Source of the DNA: an uncultured Clostridia bacterium
GTDB taxonomy: Bacteria; Bacillota; Clostridia; Christensenellales; Borkfalkiaceae
DNA: 64,000 bases
Reading direction: 5' to 3'
Assembly: GCA_944368215.1 (NCBI GenBank)
Contig: CALVWX010000005.1
Location: 32,481 to 96,480 of the forward strand
Within the stretch, counting starts at the first letter, position 1, and every line of letters starts with the position of its first letter. The notes beneath the pieces are model-generated. The model was not told the origin of the DNA and ran no database searches. It saw only the letters and a list, made by a program, of their open reading frames with translations. Below are positions 10,023 through 17,163 of this stretch, in pieces. A program made the position numbers and the translations under genes.

Positions 10023-10334
10023 ATGAACTACGTTACAAAAGAATTTTTAATCCAGCTCGAAAGTCCGGGCAAAAAGACTATAACCGATTCGGTGCGCAGC
10101 GCCAACCGCGCGGCGTCGTACTGCCGCCTGCGCCTCGGCGACGATTACGCGAAAAACGAATCGACGGCGGTGGAGGGGCAAATCTGCCCCGACTGCGGAC
10201 AGCTGCGCGATTGTTTCATCTTAGAGCGCAACGTCTCCCCAGACGGCCGCAAGCGCGTCATCAAAGCCAGATGTATGCATTGCGAGGGCGTTTTTTTCGC
10301 CTATCAGGAGAGCCCGCAGGACTGCTCCGGCTGA
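10023..10334 (+). CDS. Hypothetical protein with a CxxC...CxxC zinc-ribbon-like motif
   Basis: 103 aa with CPDCGQ ... CMHCEG pairs. I recognise no family. Confidence 0.5.
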   Translation: MNYVTKEFLIQLESPGKKTITDSVRSANRAASYCRLRLGDDYAKNESTAVEGQICPDCGQLRDCFILERNVSPDGRKRVIKARCMHCEGVFFAYQESPQDCSG

Positions 10335-10510
10335 CTGCTTTCATTTGCTGAAGGCGCGCTCGTAAAAAAAGTGCGCGCAAAGTGCTTCTATTTACTTGCT
10401 TTTATATAATAGTTGTGCTAAAATAACAGAGTACGGATACAAAGATTGCGCGAAGACTCAACGGCTTTCTTTGTTTGCCGCAAATTGTATTCCATAGGAG
10501 GATAATTTAA

Positions 10511-10765
10511 ATGGAAAAGTCAGAAATCATCGCAAAATTCGCCACTAAGGAAGGTGACACGGGTTCTCCCGAAGTGCAGATCGCACTTTTAACCGACAGA
10601 ATCAATCACCTCAACGAGCATCTCAAGGTTCACATTCACGACAATCACAGCCGTCGCGGCCTTTTGAAGATGGTCGGCAGAAGGCGCGGTCTTCTCGATT
10701 ATCTCAAGAGCAAGGACATCGAAAGATACCGTGCTATCGTCGCAGCTCTCAACTTAAGAAAGTAA
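10511..10765 (+). CDS. rpsO: 30S ribosomal protein S15
   Basis: 84 aa with [45 protein letters not shown], which is diagnostic for S15. SD GGAGG sits 9 nt upstream. Confidence 0.97.
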   Translation: MEKSEIIAKFATKEGDTGSPEVQIALLTDRINHLNEHLKVHIHDNHSRRGLLKMVGRRRGLLDYLKSKDIERYRAIVAALNLRK

Positions 10766-10772
10766 TTTTGAA

Positions 10773-10810
10773 CGGACGGGCGCATTTTACTTTTCGCCCG
10801 CCCGTTTTTT
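10773..10810 (+). terminator. Terminator/attenuator between rpsO and pnp
   Basis: CGGACGGGCG...CGCCCGCCCG stem followed by TTTTTT. Confidence 0.75.
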
Positions 10811-10903
10811 GGTTTTTGCGGCAAATTTCGGCCTCGGGAACCTTAATAAATTTTTGTCCGCGGCGGGCGCCGCGGGCGCAAGAACAGACAAGGAGAACGT
10901 AAA

Positions 10904-12997
10904 ATGAACTTCAGACAATTCACAATGCCCGTCGGCGGTCGTGACGTCATCATCGAAATCGGCAAGTATGCCGAACAGACCAACGGCGCATGCGTCGTCC
11001 GTTGCGGCGAAACGGCCGTAATGGTTTCCGTTTGCATGTCGGCTTCCCCCAGAGAAGGCATGGATTTCTTCCCCCTTCAGGTAGACTACGAAGAAAAAAT
11101 GTACGCCATCGGCAAAATCCCCGGCGGTTTCAAAAAGAGGGAGGGCAGGGCGTCCGATAAAGCCATTCTCACCGCCCGCCTTATAGACAGGCCCCTTCGT
11201 CCCCTCTTCCCCAAGGGCCTTTTCAACGACGTAACCGTCATCGCGCAGGCGCTCTCCGTCGAGCCCGATGTCTCCCCCGAACCTCTCGCCATGATAGGTT
11301 CGTCGGTCGCTCTCTCCATCTCCGATATCCCTTGGGCAGGCCCCACGGGTTCGGTAGTTGTCGGCATGGTTGACGGCAAGTACGTCATCAACCCCGACCT
11401 CGCCCAAAGACAGAAGAGCACAATCCATTTAAACCTTGCGGGCACGCGCGACGCAATCCTCATGATTGAAGCGGGCGCAAACGAAGTCTCCAACGACGAC
11501 ATGGTCGGCGCAATCATGTTCGGCCATGAAGAAATCAAAAAAATCTGCGCCTTCATCGAAGACGTCATCGTCCCCGAAGTCGGCAAACCCAAGCTCGAAA
11601 TTGAACTTTACCACATTCCCGAAGAAATCGACAGCGCCGTCCGCGAATACGCGTCCGAAAAAATCGACTGGTCAATCGATACCTTCGACAGGCAGGAGAG
11701 GGAGGCCCGTCAGGCTCAGGCCGAAAAGGAAATCCTCGAACACTTCGCCGAAATCTATCCCGACAACACCCGCGGAATCAAGGACAGCATCTATTACCTC
11801 ACCAAGGAAAAGGTGCGCGCCAAGATATTCGATAAGGGCATCCGCCCCGACGGCCGCGGCTTAAAGGACGTCCGCCCCATCTGGTGCGAACGCCACGTTC
11901 TTCCCCGCGTGCACGGCTCGGCCGTATTCACCCGCGGTCAGACGCAGACCTTAACCACCTGCACTTTAGGCATGCTCTCCGAAAGCCAGAGGCTCGAAGG
12001 CCTCGACGAGGAAACCTCCAAAAGGTACATGCACCAGTACAACTTCCCCGGCTACTGCACGGGCGAAGCTAAGGCGCTCCGTTCTCCCGGCAGGCGCGAA
12101 ATCGGCCACGGCGCACTTGCAGAGCGCGCCCTCGTTCCCGTCATTCCTTCCGAGGACGAATTCCCTTACGCAATCCGCGTGGTAAACGATATAATGTCCT
12201 CCAACGGTTCGTCCTCCATGGCCTCCGTCTGCGGTTCCACAATGGCGCTCATGGATGCGGGCGTTCCCATCAAGCGCCCCGTTGCAGGCGTTGCAATGGG
12301 TCTTATAAAGAATCAGGAAACGGGCGAATTCCGCGTAATGACGGATATTCAAGGCCTCGAGGACTTCCTCGGCGATATGGACTTCAAGGTAGCCGGCACC
12401 ACAAAGGGCATCACGGCTATCCAGATGGACATTAAAATCAAGGGCATTTCCGAAGAGATTATGCACACCGCCATCAATCAGGCCAACGAAGGCAGGCAGT
12501 TCATTCTCTCCAAAATGCTCGAATGCGTTCCCGAAGTTTCTCCCCAGCTCTCCAAGTACGCTCCCAAGATTATCAACTTCGAAATCGCTCCCGACAAAAT
12601 CGGCGACGTCATCGGCAAACAGGGCTGCGTAATCAAGAAGATTATGGAAGAAACGGGCACCCAGATAGACTTCAACGACGACGATTCCGGACGCGGCTAT
12701 ATCTCCACGGTCGGCCCCATCGAAAATGCCGAGCGCGCAAAGGCAATCATCCTTTCCATAGCTCACGACCCCGAAGTCGGCGATATCTTCATCGGCACGG
12801 TCGTCCGCATTCTCAACTTCGGCGCATTTGTCGAGTTCGCACCCGGCAAGGACGGCATGATTCACATCTCCAAGCTGTCCAATAAGCGCGTCGAAAAGGT
12901 AGAGGACGTAGTCAACCTCGGCGATACCGTCAAGGTAGAAATTATCAAAATCGGCGAAAAGGGTATTGACCTTAAACTTCTCGAAAAGTTGTCTTAA
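10904..12997 (+). CDS. pnp: Polyribonucleotide nucleotidyltransferase (PNPase)
   Basis: 697 aa with two RNase PH-like halves, a KH segment (GKQGCVIKKIMEETG) and an S1 segment (GTVVRILNFGAFVEF). Fits rpsO-pnp synteny. Confidence 0.97.
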   Translation: MNFRQFTMPVGGRDVIIEIGKYAEQTNGACVVRCGETAVMVSVCMSASPREGMDFFPLQVDYEEKMYAIGKIPGGFKKREGRASDKAILTARLIDRPLRPLFPKGLFNDVTVIAQALSVEPDVSPEPLAMIGSSVALSISDIPWAGPTGSVVVGMVDGKYVINPDLAQRQKSTIHLNLAGTRDAILMIEAGANEVSNDDMVGAIMFGHEEIKKICAFIEDVIVPEVGKPKLEIELYHIPEEIDSAVREYASEKIDWSIDTFDRQEREARQAQAEKEILEHFAEIYPDNTRGIKDSIYYLTKEKVRAKIFDKGIRPDGRGLKDVRPIWCERHVLPRVHGSAVFTRGQTQTLTTCTLGMLSESQRLEGLDEETSKRYMHQYNFPGYCTGEAKALRSPGRREIGHGALAERALVPVIPSEDEFPYAIRVVNDIMSSNGSSSMASVCGSTMALMDAGVPIKRPVAGVAMGLIKNQETGEFRVMTDIQGLEDFLGDMDFKVAGTTKGITAIQMDIKIKGISEEIMHTAINQANEGRQFILSKMLECVPEVSPQLSKYAPKIINFEIAPDKIGDVIGKQGCVIKKIMEETGTQIDFNDDDSGRGYISTVGPIENAERAKAIILSIAHDPEVGDIFIGTVVRILNFGAFVEFAPGKDGMIHISKLSNKRVEKVEDVVNLGDTVKVEIIKIGEKGIDLKLLEKLS

Positions 12998-13150
12998 TTT
13001 TCGCGCAATATATACTTCGCATCTCATTGTCGCGTTTACGGGTCTGCTCAGTCATTTACATTTTAGTAAACTCCTTCGCAGCTTCCGCACGCTCCGCGAC
13101 CTGCTCGTATCTATTGCACGAAAAATCTGTAGACCGAACTTAATAATTAT

Positions 13151-13260
13151 AAAACCGCGGCGGCGCACTTAGTGCGCCGCCGCTTAACCATATTTTAGCC
13201 TCCTTTGTGTAAAGGGAGGTGGCACACGGAGCATAAGCGGAGTGTGACGGAGGGATTGTT
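13151..13260 (+). repeat. Family B composite repeat (GC hairpin + CCTCC..GGGAGG module)
   Basis: AAAACCGCGGCGGCGCAC-TTA-GTGCGCCGCCGC, then CATATTTTAGCCTCCTTTGTGTAAAGGGAGGTGGCAC...GACGGAGGGATTGTT. The same architecture occurs at 14481 and 25262. Confidence 0.8.
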
Positions 13261-13317
13261 TTCAGCATATTTCACCCTGTCATTTCGACCAAGCCCGCCA
13301 AACGCGTATTATAAACC

Positions 13318-13436
13318 TTAGCACTCGCGCAAAACTGTAGTATTTGCGCGAAGAGGAGGGGCAACGGAGTAAATATGCAAGGCGTGTATCCACGTCTTGC
13401 ATAAAGCAAAGTTTGCCCCGACGAGGAGAATTCTCC
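13318..13436 (+). repeat. Family C repeat module
   Basis: TTAGCACTCGCGCAAAACTGTAGTATTTGCGCGAAGAGGAGG...TGCAAGG...CTTGCAT...CCGACGAGG is closely similar to 25032-25144. Confidence 0.75.
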
Positions 13437-13459
13437 CAAGCATAGTCAAACATTGCAAA

Positions 13460-13485
13460 GCCCCTGCGGATCTATCCGCAGGGGC
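13460..13485. terminator. GC hairpin at the left edge of the AT-rich island
   Basis: GCCCCTGCGGA-TCTA-TCCGCAGGGGC. There is no clear T-run on either side. Confidence 0.35.
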
Positions 13486-13495
13486 AAATTGTATA

Positions 13496-13524
13496 TTGAC
13501 ATTGAGTGTTGGCTGTTGTATAAT
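13496..13524 (+). promoter_or_regulatory. Consensus sigma-A promoter
   Basis: TTGACA(13496-13501)-17 nt-TATAAT(13519-13524). Confidence 0.7.
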
Positions 13525-13560
13525 TTAAACATAATAAATTTGGTTGTGAATAAAAGAGAA

Positions 13561-13665
13561 ATGGAAAATAAAAACAAACATCTATTCGATATAATAATGA
13601 CGTCGATAGTCGTCGCCGTAGCGGTTACCGCTATAGTATTGGCTATAGTAGTCCGTTTTATTTGA
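13561..13665 (+). CDS. 34-aa single-pass membrane peptide (hypothetical)
   Basis: MENKNKHLFDIIMTSIVVAVAVTAIVLAIVVRFI. This is an internal ATG of track ORF 13453..13665, 37 nt downstream of the consensus promoter -10. The SD is weak (AAAAGAGAA). Confidence 0.4.
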   Translation: MENKNKHLFDIIMTSIVVAVAVTAIVLAIVVRFI

Positions 13666-13718
13666 CTTAATTTTGCGTCAAGCAATTTTTGCGGCAGTAC
13701 GTCATTCATGAGGGTAAT

Positions 13719-14045
13719 ATGAAAAGGAAGGATTCTGAAAAAAGATTTCAGAATATAATAGCGCTCATATTGTTTTCGGCAATAACTGTAGAGAGCATAA
13801 TATATGCAATATGCAAGCCCGAACCTGCGTTTTGCGTGCTCATTTTCGGCTTTTCATGCGTCGGCATAATCATTGTCCGCTTTGCATACAATATTGCAAA
13901 GGCAAAAAATGAAATGCGTGCGGCAACCGAGGAGCGCGAAGACACTGCGCGTAGCCATGAACCCTCGGACGCCGCCGTCGTTATCATAAAGTTAGTCGGA
14001 TACGTAGTCATGCTGTTCAGTCAGGTGTTTGCCTTTATATTTTAA
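13719..14045 (+). CDS. 108-aa hypothetical membrane protein (about 3 TM)
   Basis: ATG at 13719 preceded by GAGGG. Two N-terminal hydrophobic helices are followed by a charged loop (KAKNEMRAATEEREDTARSHE) and a C-terminal helix. The coding sequence is AT-rich. Confidence 0.5.
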   Translation: MKRKDSEKRFQNIIALILFSAITVESIIYAICKPEPAFCVLIFGFSCVGIIIVRFAYNIAKAKNEMRAATEEREDTARSHEPSDAAVVIIKLVGYVVMLFSQVFAFIF

Positions 14046-14069
14046 ATGTGAAAAAATAACAAATTAAAA

Positions 14070-14097
14070 GCGGGCGCAACCTCACGGTTGCGCCCGC
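14070..14097 (+). terminator. Terminator after ORF 13719..14045
   Basis: GCGGGCGCAACC-TCAC-GGTTGCGCCCGC, preceded by an A-run and followed by a weak T tract. Confidence 0.6.
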
Positions 14098-14133
14098 AAT
14101 TATCTTAAGATTAAATTTTTTTGTGCAAGATTA

Positions 14134-14162
14134 TTGACATTTGTTCTTAAAATGAATATAAT
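14134..14162 (+). promoter_or_regulatory. Consensus sigma-A promoter for a noncoding transcript
   Basis: TTGACA(14134-14139)-17 nt-TATAAT(14157-14162). Confidence 0.7.
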
Positions 14163-14168
14163 AAAAAT

Positions 14169-14256
14169 AGAACAAGGGCGAAACCATTAACGGTTAGTCC
14201 GATTTGGTGTTAATAAAAATAACTGCCTTAATCGCACTCAAGGCAGTTATTTTTTT
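14169..14256 (+). ncRNA. Candidate ~90-nt small RNA (antitoxin-like/antisense)
   Basis: It runs from the consensus promoter to the stem-loop AACTGCCTT/AAGGCAGTT (14221-14248) plus T7. It has no ATG or ORF. Its 3' ~35 nt are complementary to the 3' end of the convergent peptide mRNA. Confidence 0.45.
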
Positions 14257-14354
14257 ATGTGAACAGACACGCTTTGTTTGTTAAACGTGATGGTTATGTC
14301 GTCGCTTTTGCTGAAAAGCAGCATAAGCAATAGCATCCATTCTTCTTTCGTCAT
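14247..14354 (-). CDS. 35-aa peptide (candidate type I toxin-like or small regulatory peptide)
   Basis: SD AAAGGAGGTG, 6-nt spacer, ATG at 14354. Product is MTKEEWMLLLMLLFSKSDDITITFNKQSVSVHIKK. The stop codon lies inside the shared terminator stem. Hand-translated; too short for the ORF track. Confidence 0.45.
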   Translation of the reverse strand: MTKEEWMLLLMLLFSKSDDITITFNKQSVSVHIKK

Positions 14355-14450
14355 AATATCACCTCCTTTTCGGGAAGTGACTAACCGCCAAGATCGCCCT
14401 TGCCCGTAGCACAGGCGATTGCCTGAAACTACCGTATTAAATTTGTCAAT

Positions 14451-14479
14451 ATTATATTACATGTCAGTCATATTGTCAA
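14451..14479 (-). promoter_or_regulatory. Consensus sigma-A promoter for the 35-aa peptide mRNA
   Basis: On the minus strand: TTGACA(14479-14474)-17 nt-TATAAT(14456-14451). The 5' UTR is about 90 nt. Confidence 0.7.
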
Positions 14480-14480
14480 T

Positions 14481-14590
14481 AAAAAACACGGCGGGCGCAC
14501 CTATCGGTGCGCCCGCCGCTGTTCCATATTGTAGCCTCCACTTTTTTAAACGGGGAGGTGGCACCCAAAGGGTGACGGAAGGGTTTGCTC
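14481..14590 (+). repeat. Family B composite repeat; its hairpin doubles as terminator of the minus-strand hydrolase gene
   Basis: AAAAAACACGGCGGGCGCACC-TAT-CGGTGCGCCCGCCG, then CCATATTGTAGCCTCC...GGGGAGGTGGCAC...GACGGAAGGGTTTG. Read on the minus strand, the hairpin is followed by TGTTTTTT. Confidence 0.75.
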
Positions 14591-14609
14591 TTAAAATTAC
14601 TACCTCATT

Positions 14610-15596
14610 TTACTTCAAATACTGCTTAAAGAAGCTTTCAATCTTGTCAAAGGGAATGATGTCCGTGCGGTCGTAAAGGTCGGTGTGCACCGCGCCGGGA
14701 ATAATCATCAGCTCCTTGTTTTCGGGGCAGGGGTTGCCGTCGATCATATTTTTAAAGGCGTCGCGCGAAAAATAGCACGAATGTGCCTTTTCGCCATGAA
14801 TTACCAGCACTGCGCTGCGTATTTCGTTTGAATATTTTAAAATGGGCATATTCATAAAGGTCATGCATCCTGTAACGTTCCAGCCGTCGTTGGAATTGAG
14901 CGAACGGGGGTGGTACCCGCGCGCCGTCTTGTAATAATCGTGGTAATCCTTTACAAAGAAAGGCGCGTCATCGGGCAGGGGGTCCACAACGCCGCCGCCC
15001 CTCGCGTAAGTACCGCTTGCATAGTCTTTCGTCCTCTGCGCGTTGATCGCAACGCGCTTTGCATGGCGCTGCTCTTCGCTGTCCTCGCCGTCGAAGTAAC
15101 CTTTTGCATTTACCCTCGTCATGTCGTACATGGTGGAGGAGACGGTGGCTTTTATCCTCGTATCAAGTGCGGCGGCATTTATCGCCAGTCCGCCCCAGCC
15201 GCATATGCCTATTATGCCGATTTTTTCGGGGTCTACCTCGTCGGAGGTCGAAAGATAATCTACGGCCGCCTGAAAGTCCTCGGTGTTTATGTCCGGCGAG
15301 GCCATATATCTGGGTGAACCGCCGCTTTCGCCCGTAAACGAAGGGTCGAAAGCTATGGTTAAAAATCCTCTCTCGGCCATGGTCTGCGCGTATAGTCCCG
15401 AAGCCTGCTCTTTTACCGCGCCGAAGGGCCCGCATACCGCTATCGCGGGCAGTATTCCCGTCGCCCCTGCAGGCTTGTACAGGTCTGCGGCAAGCGTTAT
15501 GCCGTACCTGTTTACAAATGTCACCTTGCGGTGCTCAACTTTGTCGCTTCTTTTAAAGGTCTTGTCCCATTCGGTTCCAAGTTTAAGCGCTTTCAT
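14610..15596 (-). CDS. Alpha/beta hydrolase (dienelactone-hydrolase-like)
   Basis: 328 aa. A nucleophile-elbow-like GICGWGG follows IGIIG. The overall pattern (PAIAVCGPFGAVKEQ...TIAFDPSFTGESGG) is typical of alpha/beta-fold hydrolases. Confidence 0.8.
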   Translation of the reverse strand: MKALKLGTEWDKTFKRSDKVEHRKVTFVNRYGITLAADLYKPAGATGILPAIAVCGPFGAVKEQASGLYAQTMAERGFLTIAFDPSFTGESGGSPRYMASPDINTEDFQAAVDYLSTSDEVDPEKIGIIGICGWGGLAINAAALDTRIKATVSSTMYDMTRVNAKGYFDGEDSEEQRHAKRVAINAQRTKDYASGTYARGGGVVDPLPDDAPFFVKDYHDYYKTARGYHPRSLNSNDGWNVTGCMTFMNMPILKYSNEIRSAVLVIHGEKAHSCYFSRDAFKNMIDGNPCPENKELMIIPGAVHTDLYDRTDIIPFDKIESFFKQYLK

Positions 15597-15706
15597 ATCA
15601 AAATCTCCTTGTTGTTTATTTACTCATTTCTATGGCGGCAGAGGAGGTGCAAAACCGCTGTTGACCGCGATATATGTGCCGTCTAACACCTTTTTATGCA
15701 AACGGC

Positions 15707-15767
15707 TTGACAATTCCCTTCCGCCTGTTTATAATGATTATAAAACCTGAAGTTAACTTCAGGTCAA
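15707..15767. promoter_or_regulatory. Divergent overlapping promoters with a MerR-type operator
   Basis: + strand: TTGACA(15707-15712)-17-TATAAT(15730-15735), towards the MerR gene. - strand: TTGACC(15767-15762)-19 nt-TATAAT(15742-15737), towards the hydrolase. The perfect 20-bp palindrome ACCTGAAGTTAACTTCAGGT (15745-15764) fills the 19-bp spacer. Confidence 0.7.
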
Positions 15768-15803
15768 GCTTTTTTTAAAAATTTGTCGGGAGAAATTTTT
15801 TGC

Positions 15804-16250
15804 ATGTATTCCATAGGCCAGATTTCAAAGATGTTCAACCTGCCCGTTTCCACCCTGCGCTATTACGACAGGGAGGGGCTTTTCCACGATATGCAGCGCA
15901 CATCGGGGATACGCCGTTTTTCGCAGAAGGAAGTCGATACCCTGCGCGTAATCGAATGCCTCAAAAGGTCGGGAATGGAAATAAAGGATATAAAAACCTT
16001 CCTCGACTGGTGCGAACAGGGCCCGTCAACCTATCATAAGCGGCTGGAAATGTTCCAAAAGCGCAAAAGGGCGGTGGAGGAGGAAATCGTCCGCTTAAAC
16101 CGCACGCTCGACATGATAAATTACAAATGCTGGTACTATACCCGCGCGACGGAGGACGGCGGCGAGGAAAAGCTCGCCGCTCTGTCGCCCGAAGACATGC
16201 CGGATGAAATCCGCGCCGCCTATTCAAGCGCCTTCGGCCCCGTAGAATAA
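15804..16250 (+). CDS. MerR-family transcriptional regulator
   Basis: ATG at 15804 (MYSIGQISKMFNLPVSTLRYYDREGL...), a canonical MerR HTH N-terminus followed by a coiled-coil region. There is no C-terminal Cys cluster. Confidence 0.88.
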   Translation: MYSIGQISKMFNLPVSTLRYYDREGLFHDMQRTSGIRRFSQKEVDTLRVIECLKRSGMEIKDIKTFLDWCEQGPSTYHKRLEMFQKRKRAVEEEIVRLNRTLDMINYKCWYYTRATEDGGEEKLAALSPEDMPDEIRAAYSSAFGPVE

Positions 16251-16361
16251 CAGCGTTGACTAAGGCATATATGCGTTGCAACCCGTTTTAAACTTTTAAC
16301 ATAACGCGCCCCCGGCGCCCATAGCGTTGCGCAAGCAACTCATAGCTGTAAACTGTAAATT

Positions 16362-16392
16362 GCGCCCGCGGCGATATATCCGCCGCGGGCGC
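16362..16392. terminator. GC hairpin between the convergent merR-like gene and cwlD
   Basis: GCGCCCGCGGCG-ATATAT-CCGCCGCGGGCGC. No clean T-run. Confidence 0.5.
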
Positions 16393-16414
16393 GCACATGC
16401 ATCGCTGTAATGCA

Positions 16415-17098
16415 TTACGACAAAAACATTATCGCGCCCTTGAATATGGCGTTTGCAATCTCCGCGCGGTAGCCGCCGTCCGAAAGCAGTTTTTCGTCCT
16501 CGGCGTTGGATAAAAATCCGCACTCGACTATAACCGAAGGTGCGGTTGTGCACTTGAGCATATAATAATCTCCCGTAAGCGATGTGTTGCTCTCCACCCC
16601 GCCCGAAAGCCCGTTCAGGCTGTTTTGTATGTGCTCCGCCAGCTGTTTGCTTCCGTCGCTTTCCGCGTCGTAAAAGACGTGGCTGCCCCGCCTCGAAGGC
16701 AGCGGGCAGGTATTCTGGTGAACGGATATCACCATATCCGCGGCGCAGTCCTCTATAATCTGTCTGCGCTTCTGCATGTCGCGCATTTTGAACCCCTTCG
16801 AGGTATTGCCGTACAGTCCCGCCGCCGTAGATCTCGTCATAACGCATTCAAACCCTGCGTTTGCAAACCTTCCTTTAAGCTCCTTTGCTATGGCAAGGTT
16901 TATGTCGCTTTCTTTGATTTTTGTGTTGACACCGTAAACGCCCGCGTCCACGCCGCCGTGGCCGGCGTCTATTACTATCGTCGGCATGTCTGAAGCGTCC
17001 GCGTCGCTCGCGTAAATGCCCGCGCATATGCCTGCGGCTACGCCGCATATTACAATGCCAGCAATCATTGCTATGGCTTTCTTTCCTATGACCAACAT
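16415..17098 (-). CDS. cwlD: N-acetylmuramoyl-L-alanine amidase, CwlD-like (germination-specific)
   Basis: Amidase_3 motif IVIDAGHGGVDAGV after an N-terminal TM, with size and layout like CwlD. The start is placed at the ATG (MLVIGKKAIAM), because the track start at 17140 is a TTG that would run into the mrnC promoter. The start is uncertain. Confidence 0.75.
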   Translation of the reverse strand: MLVIGKKAIAMIAGIVICGVAAGICAGIYASDADASDMPTIVIDAGHGGVDAGVYGVNTKIKESDINLAIAKELKGRFANAGFECVMTRSTAAGLYGNTSKGFKMRDMQKRRQIIEDCAADMVISVHQNTCPLPSRRGSHVFYDAESDGSKQLAEHIQNSLNGLSGGVESNTSLTGDYYMLKCTTAPSVIVECGFLSNAEDEKLLSDGGYRAEIANAIFKGAIMFLS

Positions 17099-17123
17099 TT
17101 TCACGGTATATACTACTTTACGA

Positions 17124-17152
17124 TTGCAATTTTTATGCAAAAGTGCTATAAT
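17124..17152 (+). promoter_or_regulatory. Near-consensus sigma-A promoter for mrnC
   Basis: TTGCAA(17124-17129)-17 nt-TATAAT(17147-17152), with the ATG 11 nt after the -10. Confidence 0.55.
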
Positions 17153-17163
17153 TTAAACATATA

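Noticed and set aside
11966-13027. 353-aa ORF antisense to pnp (and 30491..31012 antisense to ribU, 899..1555 antisense to secD)
   Set aside because: These are antisense open frames within strongly supported genes. They arise from codon bias and have no start context.
15804-16250. Calling the MerR regulator SoxR because its operator resembles the SoxR box
   Set aside because: The protein lacks the C-terminal CX2CXCX5C [2Fe-2S] motif, so only family-level (MerR) assignment is justified.
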